Shown here in pieces: positions 1-7,860 of a stretch of 64,000 bases of DNA (the first letter of the stretch is position 1; every line of letters starts with the position of its first letter). The notes under the pieces are model-generated. The model ran no database searches, was not told the origin of the DNA, and worked only from the letters and a program-made list of their open reading frames with translations. Position numbers and translations under genes: made by a program. This stretch comes from an uncultured Pseudomonadota bacterium (lineage in GTDB: Bacteria; Oederibacteriota; Muellerivitia; Muellerivitales; Muellerivitaceae): the NCBI GenBank assembly GCA_963836235.1, contig CAWIIP010000004.1, forward strand, positions 448,001 through 512,000, given 5' to 3'.

Positions 1-2
1 AT

Positions 3-743
3 GCCGGTATTGGTTATCGCTATTACTTGGCCCACGATATGGCCCTGGACGGAGGCGTCCAATACGATTTTTACTCCCCCATCAACGCACCCTCTAACGG
101 CGTCGGGGCCAAAGTCGGGATCACTTTCCTCTTTGGACGGGAAAGATGGCCCTTGCCCAGCACGGATTTCAATTCGGAAAACATCAATCACCAGCCGGAA
201 TATCCCGCGGGTTCTTTCTATACCTGGAAGCCGGGCGATACCCTCAAAACTATCGCCGCCAGGGTTTTGGGGGCGGAGGGCCTTTATCCCGCCCTCGTGG
301 ACGCCAATCCTGGGCTTTTTTCAAACCCCGCCAGGTTGAGGGTTGGCATGAAATTACGGGTTCCAGACGCGAATTTCTCCGATGATGAGCTGGAAAGCAT
401 CCATGCGAAGACCCTTGATTCTTCCTATAACCGCTTGGAGGAATATAGTACGAGACTTCCTTACGACACCCTCAAAGGCTGGAAAGGTCCCAAGCATTAT
501 GTCTGGAAGGAAGGCGACGACTTGAGGTCGGTGGCCAGCAAACTTTATAACGACGAGGATCTCTATCCCGTCCTGGTCGACGCCAACCAAAAGCGTCTGA
601 TCCATCCCGCCAACTTGGTGTTGGGTGTGGTATTGGATGTGCCCGCGCCACCGGCGGACGAGTGGGTGGAAACCATTCACGAGCGGGCTTGGCAGAAAGA
701 CTATTACATCTGGTGGAAAACGGTCAGCCAAGGAAATCACTAA
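3..743 (+). CDS. 5'-truncated protein: C-terminal strands of an outer-membrane beta-barrel followed by two LysM-like domains
   Basis: Frame is open from position 3 (AGIGYRYYLAHDMALDGGVQYDFY...GAKVGITFLFG). Two LysM-like repeats follow: YTWKPGDTLKTIAARVLG..LYPALVDANP..L.VG.KLRVP and YVWKEGDDLRSVASKLY..LYPVLVDANQ..L.LG.VLDVP. Confidence 0.75.
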   Translation, partial: AGIGYRYYLAHDMALDGGVQYDFYSPINAPSNGVGAKVGITFLFGRERWPLPSTDFNSENINHQPEYPAGSFYTWKPGDTLKTIAARVLGAEGLYPALVDANPGLFSNPARLRVGMKLRVPDANFSDDELESIHAKTLDSSYNRLEEYSTRLPYDTLKGWKGPKHYVWKEGDDLRSVASKLYNDEDLYPVLVDANQKRLIHPANLVLGVVLDVPAPPADEWVETIHERAWQKDYYIWWKTVSQGNH

Positions 744-818
744 CCGTTTTCCGATCCCTTTTCGTTTCGTCCGTTTTTCTGTTTCCTTCCCAGACTTCAC
801 CCGAATGGACTTTACCCG

Positions 819-1355
819 ATGAAAAAAATATTGGTGCTCGCTATTTTCCTCGCTATGTTTCCCCTGTTTGGCCAAGCCCAAGAGGAACAACAGCAATTCA
901 GCGTATGCCTGGACTTGGTGGGGGACGGAGCCTTCGCCAAGGGCGGTCCCGCCTTTTCACCGGGAGCCGGCGGGAGCCTGTTCGGGGATTGGCGTCCCTT
1001 GCCCTATCTTTCCATCGGCACGGGTTTTGATTTCACACTGCATTCGGATTTTGGTTCCTGGCAGACGGCTTCCTGGGATTTGGGCGGACGGATATTTCCC
1101 CTTGGGACAGGTAAGGGCGGGGAAGGGTACCTGCAAGGTACTCTCGGCTTAAACTTGGCCACCTATGGGCTTGAACATACTTGGCCCGGAAATTTTCACG
1201 GGACCCTCGGCCCCGGCTACCGGGTTTTCCTGGATCCGGGCAATGCCTTCGACTTGGGCGCCCAATATGATTTCTTTTCACCCCGAAGCAAACCTCTTCA
1301 AGCGGTTGGCGTTAAGGTGGGTTGGACTTGGCTCTTTGGTGCGGTTCCCAATTAA
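819..1355 (+). CDS. Small outer-membrane beta-barrel protein with signal peptide
   Basis: MKK-hydrophobic-AQA-type signal peptide, alternating Gly/aromatic strands, C-terminal VGWTWLFG; similar to the barrel part of the upstream gene. Confidence 0.65.
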   Translation: MKKILVLAIFLAMFPLFGQAQEEQQQFSVCLDLVGDGAFAKGGPAFSPGAGGSLFGDWRPLPYLSIGTGFDFTLHSDFGSWQTASWDLGGRIFPLGTGKGGEGYLQGTLGLNLATYGLEHTWPGNFHGTLGPGYRVFLDPGNAFDLGAQYDFFSPRSKPLQAVGVKVGWTWLFGAVPN

Positions 1356-1521
1356 GGAAAACCGTCCGACTCGAGACAGGGTCCCTTCAACTAAGAAGTA
1401 AATCTATCGATAAGACATTTTTAGGTTAAATTTTAAACAGAAGAGGCGCAAGCCCTGCCTTTTTCCACGTGTTTTCCGTTAAGATGAGGAAATTTCGCCG
1501 CAAAGGATATAAAATAACCTG

Positions 1522-2268
1522 ATGAAAAAAACGCTGAACGCCTATCCATACCTAATGCGTTACTTGGTCGGTTTGACGGCCTTCCTGTTCGCTTTTACCC
1601 CGGTCTTTCCCCTCTGTGCCGCAGAGGCGAAAAGTTCCGCTCCATCAGTTGATGGGGAAGACCCCTCTTATCCCAAACTGGTGATTGGCTCCGGGGACCT
1701 ATTGGTGATCCAGGTTTACGGTGAGAACGGCAGCGTGTCCACCTCCTCGATGAGCGCCAACAACCAACTGCCAACCACCTATCAGGTGGACTCGGACGGA
1801 GTTATCGTGTTTCCTTTCTTAGGCAGGGTAAAGCTCAAGGGTTTGACGGCGGCGCAAGCCAGCGAAAAAATCGCCGGGCTCCTTTCCAAGCCGCGAAAAG
1901 TGACGGTCTTGATCCAGGTTTCCAACACCTTTTGGGTTTCCATCATGGGGAACGTGGCGAAACCGGACCGTTACCAAATCGTGGGCCAGCCCACCCTGCT
2001 CTCGGCCCTGGCCGAGGCGGGGGGCCCCTTGCCCGGTACCGACATGGGAGGCGCCATCCTGGTCCATAACAACTTCAAGAAAAAGATCGACCTAAGTAAA
2101 TTCCTCCAGGGCGAGGGCCCCACCCAGCCCGATCCTTACCTCTATCCCGGCGACCTCCTGATGGTGCAGAAAAGCCCCTGGCCCGACCTGGGAACCATCG
2201 CGGTCATCGCTTCCATCCTGGCCAGCGGCGCGATCGCGGCGGTGGAAATCAGCAGTTTGAGGCATTGA
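1522..2268 (+). CDS. wza: Polysaccharide export (OPX) protein, Poly_export + SLBB, copy 1
   Basis: IGSGDLLVIQVYG, VDSDGVIVFPFLGRVKLKGLT, GNVAKP, TLLSALAEAGG, LYPGDLLMV; directly upstream of wzc. Confidence 0.9.
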   Translation: MKKTLNAYPYLMRYLVGLTAFLFAFTPVFPLCAAEAKSSAPSVDGEDPSYPKLVIGSGDLLVIQVYGENGSVSTSSMSANNQLPTTYQVDSDGVIVFPFLGRVKLKGLTAAQASEKIAGLLSKPRKVTVLIQVSNTFWVSIMGNVAKPDRYQIVGQPTLLSALAEAGGPLPGTDMGGAILVHNNFKKKIDLSKFLQGEGPTQPDPYLYPGDLLMVQKSPWPDLGTIAVIASILASGAIAAVEISSLRH

Positions 2269-2270
2269 TC

Positions 2271-3968
2271 ATGATAGAAACAAACGAACTTCAACCCAAC
2301 GGCGCCGAGTATAACAACGAGGGAGATTTGAGCCTTCAGGAAATCCTGCGCGTGGTTTTGTCCCATTTGCGGCTCATCGGAACCACAGTGGTAGTCTTCC
2401 TGGGCCTAGCCCTGCTCTACGCCTTTTTCTGGCCGCCGACCTATGAGGCGATCACTACCGTCAAAGTCCCTGACGCCTCCGGTTCGCCTACCGGCATGTT
2501 GAAGGAACTGGTTCCTTATTCCGGCAGCGGCGACCCCATCCAAACCTACGTTGAAATCTGCCATTCCGAAAATGTTGCCCAGCGGGTCATTGCCTCTCTT
2601 CAATTGTCCTCCCGTCCCGAGTACGAGGAAGAAACTTCCCAAGTATTGACCCAAAGCCTTTTGGGAAGGGTGACGGCCACCAACGTACTCAAGTCCAACC
2701 TTCTTTCCATTAAAGCCCGCGCCGGAAACGCCCAAGACGCCGCCGATTTGGCCAATGCCTGGGCCAAGGCCTTCATCGAAACCAACCTGGACTTGTCTCA
2801 TAAGGGCGCCGAGTCCAAGCGGATATTCCTGGAAGAACAGGTCAAGCAAATCAAACAGCACCTGGAGAACCCCGACCTGCGCCTGAACGACGAGTCCAAG
2901 GCCGACGAGGTCATGTATACCCAGCTCCTGGCCGACCTCCAACAGGCCCGCCTAGCCGAGACTGTGGACGACACGGGCATTGTGGTGGTGGACAGCGCCC
3001 AGAAGCCGCTCGCGCCCATCAGCCCGCGCAAGACCCGAAGCCTTTTGTTGGCCCTGCTTTTGGCCCTCGCCGCCGGAATTCAAGCTGCCTTCCTTCTGGA
3101 AAAATTTCAGGACCGTGTGAAGAGTGAGGATGTTTTAAAAAGGGTCTCGGGCCTTCCCAACTACGCGGTGGTGCCGGATTTCCGGGATGATTATCCCGAA
3201 GGATTGAGCAAGCCCGACTATTCGCAAAGATTCAGCCCTAAGTTCCTCATTCATAATCCCGTCTTCGAGCATGCCTTCTACCGGGAAAGTTTCAAGGTTC
3301 TTCGCACCAACCTCACCTTCGCCCTGGCGGACAAACCCCTCCAGGTGATCGCCGTTCTTTCGCCCGGCCCGGAGGAGGGAAAGACGCTCGTCAATTCCAA
3401 CCTGGCTATTTCCCTGGCCCAAGGTGGCAAGAAGGTCCTGTTAGTGGATACGGATTTCCGAAAATCCTCCGTGCGCAAATCTTTTGGCCTGGAAAATGGA
3501 ATGGAAACAGGCCTGCCCCTGGCTTTGACCGGACAAAAGCCCTGGAAAGAACTGGTTCGGCCTTCCGGTGTGGAAAACCTGGACCTTTTGCCCAACACGG
3601 TCACTCCTCCCAATCCGGCGGAACTTTTGGGAAGCGCCGCCCTAAAAAAACTCATTGGGGAAATGAAGACCCAATACGACTTCGTGGTTTTCGACGGCGC
3701 GCCGATCCTCGCGGTCACGGACTCGGTGGTGCTTTCCACCCACCTGGACGGGGTGGTACTGCTGGCTTGCTTCGACCAAACCCGTTCCTCGGCCATCGGA
3801 CACGCGCTGGAACATCTACACCGGGTCGGGGCCAACGTGGTTGGAACGGTACTCAATTATGTTCCCGTGAAAAAGGGCCTTTATGGTTATGGCTACGGTT
3901 ATGGATACAATTACGGCTACGGAAAATATCACGACGCCGAGCTGGCCGGGAAAAACTCCAAAAAGTGA
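2271..3968 (+). CDS. wzc: Polysaccharide co-polymerase / BY-kinase, copy 1
   Basis: Wzz-like N-terminus with two TM segments, Walker A SPGPEEGKT, VLLVDTDFRK, DFVVFDGAP, C-terminal Tyr cluster YGYGYGYGYNYGYGKY. Confidence 0.92.
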   Translation: MIETNELQPNGAEYNNEGDLSLQEILRVVLSHLRLIGTTVVVFLGLALLYAFFWPPTYEAITTVKVPDASGSPTGMLKELVPYSGSGDPIQTYVEICHSENVAQRVIASLQLSSRPEYEEETSQVLTQSLLGRVTATNVLKSNLLSIKARAGNAQDAADLANAWAKAFIETNLDLSHKGAESKRIFLEEQVKQIKQHLENPDLRLNDESKADEVMYTQLLADLQQARLAETVDDTGIVVVDSAQKPLAPISPRKTRSLLLALLLALAAGIQAAFLLEKFQDRVKSEDVLKRVSGLPNYAVVPDFRDDYPEGLSKPDYSQRFSPKFLIHNPVFEHAFYRESFKVLRTNLTFALADKPLQVIAVLSPGPEEGKTLVNSNLAISLAQGGKKVLLVDTDFRKSSVRKSFGLENGMETGLPLALTGQKPWKELVRPSGVENLDLLPNTVTPPNPAELLGSAALKKLIGEMKTQYDFVVFDGAPILAVTDSVVLSTHLDGVVLLACFDQTRSSAIGHALEHLHRVGANVVGTVLNYVPVKKGLYGYGYGYGYNYGYGKYHDAELAGKNSKK

Positions 3969-3981
3969 CGGGTCAAGAATC

Positions 3982-4317
3982 ATGACCGCCTTAACTGAAA
4001 AAAAAATCAATGAAATGACGGCCGTTCTTGTTCGGAAAGCCCATCCGGAAAAGATTATTCTTTTCGGTTCTCAGGCCCGACGCACGGCAGGCCCAACCTC
4101 GGATGTCGATTTTGTCGTCGTCGAGAAGAAACCCTTCGGCCCGGACCATAGCCGCCGGCAGGAAATGGTCCGGTTATGGAAGACCCTCTCCCGTTTTGAT
4201 TTTCCAACGGACATACTCGTCTATTCGCAGGAAGAATTTGAGTATTGGTCCGAGTCCATCAACCACGTGGTAGGACGGGCCGTCCGGGAAGGCCGGATTC
4301 TTTATGAGCGACGCTAG
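3982..4317 (+). CDS. Minimal nucleotidyltransferase (MNT) antitoxin
   Basis: ILFGSQAR...SDVDFVVV (GS-x10-DxD); start reassigned to ATG 3982; overlaps the HEPN gene by 14 nt. Confidence 0.85.
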   Translation: MTALTEKKINEMTAVLVRKAHPEKIILFGSQARRTAGPTSDVDFVVVEKKPFGPDHSRRQEMVRLWKTLSRFDFPTDILVYSQEEFEYWSESINHVVGRAVREGRILYERR

Positions 4318-4771
4318 AGCCGCCCGGGAGCTAATCGCGCGGGCCTTGGTGGATTTGGAGGCCTTAAGGGAGTTGGTTGAAAATCGCCGAATTGCCGATG
4401 AAATATTTGGTTTTCTCGCCCAACAGGCCGCCGAGAAAGCCCTGAAGGCTTGGCTGGCCCTTCTGGGGAAACAATATCCCATCACCCATAACCTGGACCA
4501 ACTTTTACGGGAGTTGAGGGGTTTGGGAATCAAAATTTCCGCCTATGGCGAACTCAGCGGGTTGAACCCTTATGCCGTCCAGTTCCGCTATGAAACCATG
4601 GATTCGTCCGAGCCCGATTTGGACCGTAAAAGCACCTTGAAAGTCATCGGCAACTTGGTGGAAAAGGTCGACGCGCTGATAAAGGACGAGCCTGAAAGGG
4701 GGACCGCCCTCCTTGAATCCCCAGCTTCCTATCGAATCCGCAAGCCCAAAAGTAAAAGAAAAAAAGTCTGA
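4304..4771 (+). CDS. HEPN-domain protein (partner of the MNT) with basic C-terminal tail
   Basis: FLAQQAAEKALKAWL, YPITHNL, LNPYAVQFRY are typical HEPN motifs. Confidence 0.85.
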   Translation: MSDARAARELIARALVDLEALRELVENRRIADEIFGFLAQQAAEKALKAWLALLGKQYPITHNLDQLLRELRGLGIKISAYGELSGLNPYAVQFRYETMDSSEPDLDRKSTLKVIGNLVEKVDALIKDEPERGTALLESPASYRIRKPKSKRKKV

Positions 4772-4982
4772 AAAATTTACGATGAAGCATTTCCATCAAA
4801 ACTTTCCGGGTAAAGTTTCCTATATGAGTAAAGATTACCCGCTTCACATCTTCCGGTCTTGCGGTTTTCCCACATTTACCGTCCGTTAGGTATGATGGGA
4901 TTGGCATAACTGTTGCTTTTATACTTATACTCAACCCGTCGGCTGAACCAGACGGGGTTTTGTTTGCCTAAGGATTTGTTAA

Positions 4983-6608
4983 ATGGATTTTCAACCTTAT
5001 CTTTTTTTCTTCCTGAGCGGCCTAACGGCCTGCCTTTTTCTGACCCCCCTCTTTATCCGCATCGCCCCCCGCCTGGGTCTCTTGGACCATCCGGCCCACC
5101 GTAAAACCCACGCCAAGGCCATTCCGAAATCCGGAGGATTGGCCCTGGTGGCTTCCGTCCTCCTGGCCTCGGCCTTTAGCATCAAACTCTTCGGACGCTC
5201 GATGGGTTACGACGAAATCAGCACCATCAAGAGCGCCTTTATCCTGGGCATCACCTTCGCGGCCGCTTCCATCGGCCTGATGGATGACCTTTTCGAAATG
5301 AAGCCCCTTCAAAAGCTTCTTCTCCAGGCCCTCGTGATGGGTTGTTTCGTCTTCCTGGGGTTCCGCTTTGAAATCCTCCACCTGCCGGGCCTCAAGCCTT
5401 TTGGCCTTTCCTTCCTGGACGTTTCCCTCACGATCTTTTGGATGTTGGCCGTCCTCAACGGATTCAATTTCATGGACGGCATCGACGGACTGGCGGGTTC
5501 GGTGACGGCGGTGATCCTGCTGGGAATCGGCGGGGCCGAATTTCTGTCCACCGGCCACGGGCCGGGGGGTATCTGGCTGACCACTTTGGGCGCCACTACC
5601 GCCTTTCTCTTTTACAACCGGCAACCCGCCAAAATTTTCCTGGGGGACACCGGGTCGATCGCCCTGGGCACTTTCATCACCGCCACCCTGGTGGCCCTGG
5701 GCAGTTCCCGGCCGGGCTTTCTGGACTTCCGGCTTTTCAGCCACAATGCCCAGGCCGAGCCCATCCATTACCAATTGCTCACGGTGACCCTCCTGGTCGG
5801 GTACCCCGCGCTGGAAGCCGCCCTCTCCACCTTCCGCCGGGCCTTCAAGCGCTATTCGATGGGAAGGTCCATGGGATCCGCCGAGAGGGAGCATATCCAC
5901 CACGTCCTGCTGAAGGCCGGATGGTCGGTGAACCAAATCTGCCTGACCGCCGCCGCCATCCAATTGACGCTGAGCGGGGCCGGGCTGTTGGTCATGGCCC
6001 ACAAGAACGGTTTGGTGCTTTGGCTTCTCGTGCCTCTTTTCATCCTGGCGGCCTTCTTCGGCCCCAAACTCGGTTTCTTCAATTTCCTCCAGATGTCTTC
6101 CCGGCAAAGGCCCAATTTCCGGGTGGCCAACTATTTCATTTCCATGCAGAAGGTGAAACTGGAACTAGCCAACAGCCGGGAGGATGTCCTGGCCCTCGTC
6201 AGCCAGACCTCCCAGGAATTCGGGGTCAAAAGCTGCCGGCTGATCATCAAGCCCGACGAGAATGGCCTGGGCGGCACCGATTATTTCCACGAATGGGACA
6301 TGGCCAAGCCCTCGGAGTTTTTGGGATTCATCCACGAGGCCAAGGGACCTGCGAAATCTTTTTCCGACCACTACAAGCTTTCGGGAGGGAAGGGAGGGGC
6401 CCATTGGGTCTTTGAACCCCAGGCCCAGGAGGAAGATCTGGACGTGGAGTACCACGTGCTGGTCAGCGATTTCATGAGGCAGGCCCTGGAAACCGCCCTG
6501 CGTCTGGGGTCCCATCAGGCCACTTTAGAGATTCCCCATGTCGCCCCCGCGGCCCATGAAACGGTCAGTAGCCATATCCTTCGGCGGGCCCCCAAGTCCC
6601 TTAGTTGA
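4983..6608 (+). CDS. wecA: Polyprenyl-phosphate N-acetylhexosamine-1-P transferase (WecA/MraY family) with C-terminal extra domain, copy 1
   Basis: RKTH..IPKSGG, GLMDD, NGFNFMDGIDGLA, FLGDTGS, HIHH; many TM segments. Confidence 0.88.
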   Translation: MDFQPYLFFFLSGLTACLFLTPLFIRIAPRLGLLDHPAHRKTHAKAIPKSGGLALVASVLLASAFSIKLFGRSMGYDEISTIKSAFILGITFAAASIGLMDDLFEMKPLQKLLLQALVMGCFVFLGFRFEILHLPGLKPFGLSFLDVSLTIFWMLAVLNGFNFMDGIDGLAGSVTAVILLGIGGAEFLSTGHGPGGIWLTTLGATTAFLFYNRQPAKIFLGDTGSIALGTFITATLVALGSSRPGFLDFRLFSHNAQAEPIHYQLLTVTLLVGYPALEAALSTFRRAFKRYSMGRSMGSAEREHIHHVLLKAGWSVNQICLTAAAIQLTLSGAGLLVMAHKNGLVLWLLVPLFILAAFFGPKLGFFNFLQMSSRQRPNFRVANYFISMQKVKLELANSREDVLALVSQTSQEFGVKSCRLIIKPDENGLGGTDYFHEWDMAKPSEFLGFIHEAKGPAKSFSDHYKLSGGKGGAHWVFEPQAQEEDLDVEYHVLVSDFMRQALETALRLGSHQATLEIPHVAPAAHETVSSHILRRAPKSLS

Positions 6609-6753
6609 GACCGGAAGCAGACCCGGCCAAAAGTTTCATTTACCTCCCTTTTGCCCACGGCTTATCCCCTTGGGCTGCGAGGGTGAACCGTTGGCTTCAG
6701 GTATCCCCTGACGGAATCCCATCGAGGCAACTCTTATCCCACTTCAGCCTTCG

Positions 6754-6782
6754 TTGATTCGCCCAAAACGTCCTGTTAAACT
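6754..6782 (+). promoter_or_regulatory. Sigma70-like promoter for mntA-hepT
   Basis: TTGATT (6754-6759), 17 bp spacer, TAAACT (6777-6782) with extended TG; AAGGAG Shine-Dalgarno downstream. Confidence 0.6.
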
Positions 6783-6806
6783 ATCTCCGGATAAGGAGAT
6801 GGTACC

Positions 6807-7118
6807 GTGGGACTCAATTCCAAAATCCGGGTTCAACCGGAAAAGATCGAAGACTTTTGCAGGCGCTATCACGTCCGCAAACTATCCTTCTTCGGATCGG
6901 TCCTCGGCAAAAATTTCCGTCCGGACAGCGATATCGACACGCTCATCGAGTTTGAAACAGGCAAGGGTGCGGGTTTCCTCGGACTAGCCCATATGGAAGG
7001 CGAATTGTCCGGGATTATGGGAGGACGCCGGGTGGACCTCCGAACACCCGGGGAATTGAGCCCTTATTTCAGGGACGAAGTGCTTTCCTCCGCCGTCGTT
7101 CAATATGCGAAATCCTGA
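6807..7118 (+). CDS. mntA: MntA-type nucleotidyltransferase antitoxin
   Basis: LSFFGSVLGKNFRPDSDIDTLIEF, GRRVDL, LSPYFRDEV. Confidence 0.88.
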   Translation: MGLNSKIRVQPEKIEDFCRRYHVRKLSFFGSVLGKNFRPDSDIDTLIEFETGKGAGFLGLAHMEGELSGIMGGRRVDLRTPGELSPYFRDEVLSSAVVQYAKS

Positions 7119-7536
7119 CTTCGTCCGCATCCGGCATATGCTGGATGCCTGCCGTGAAGCCCTTGGGTTCGCCAGGGGAAAGTCGCGGTCCGATTTGGAC
7201 AAGGATCGAATGCTTGTTCTTTCGCTGGTGAAAGAAGTGGAGATCATCGGTGAAGCGGCCTCTAAAGTTTCCCCTGAAATAAAATCTATTTATCCTGGAA
7301 TACCCTGGTCCGATATGGCCTTCATGCGGAACCGCCTGATTCATGCTTACTTTGACGTGGATTTAGATGTGGTTTGGGAAACTCTCCAAAAGGATTTGCC
7401 AGATTTAATGCGAAAGCTCGAGGATATCAATCCTTCCAGCCTCCAAGAAACCCCCGCCCCTTACGGCGCCCAGAAGACGAAGGCGAAAACCTCCCGAGTC
7501 AAGGGCTTGAAGACCCGGCGGAAAAAAGGGAAGTGA
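7105..7536 (+). CDS. hepT: HepT (DUF86) HEPN RNase toxin with basic C-terminal tail
   Basis: EIIGEAA, IPWSDM, RNRLIHAYF (R-x4-H-x-Y), VDLDVVWET. Confidence 0.88.
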   Translation: MRNPDFVRIRHMLDACREALGFARGKSRSDLDKDRMLVLSLVKEVEIIGEAASKVSPEIKSIYPGIPWSDMAFMRNRLIHAYFDVDLDVVWETLQKDLPDLMRKLEDINPSSLQETPAPYGAQKTKAKTSRVKGLKTRRKKGK

Positions 7537-7550
7537 CCGGCCGTATCCGT

Positions 7551-7585
7551 AACTCCTAACTTCTCACTCCTCATTCCTAACTTAC
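7551..7585. repeat. Degenerate 7-bp tandem repeat, 5 units
   Basis: aactcct aacttct cactcct cattcct aacttac. Confidence 0.7.
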
Positions 7586-7860
7586 TGATGTGAGGCATTG
7601 ATGGCCGAAAGATATTCCAAGAGAATGCGGGGGTCAATTTAAAAGCGACACAAAAAAGGATTTTGCTTTAACCATGAGAAACCATAGCCTAAAAAATAGC
7701 CGGTCTGATGGTTTTGAGGATTGGATTGGCTTAAAAGGGAAGTGAGTTAGAAACTCTTTATTTTAAAACTCAAAACAGAAATGTTTGAGAATGGCTTGCC
7801 TGAGTAAAATCGAGATCAAATAGGCGAAAGGTCAAATAGTGAATAAGGGTCAACAAGTAA

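Noticed and set aside
744-791. Pyrimidine-rich tract between the first two genes
   Set aside because: No stem-loop or repeat unit; cannot assign a function
1356-1521. JUMPstart/ops antitermination element ahead of the polysaccharide operons
   Set aside because: No GGCGGTAG-type element seen before either wza; the shared TTTTTCCACGT (near 1460 and 26504) is too short and low-complexity to call
3880-3930. TATGGN/TACGGN tandem repeats (also about 29085-29117)
   Set aside because: Encode the normal Wzc Tyr-Gly phosphorylation cluster
5022-6415. Long alternative-frame ORFs (5022..6107 -, 5438..6415 +) overlapping wecA
   Set aside because: Shadow ORFs of a GC-rich gene; no recognisable motifs and atypical composition
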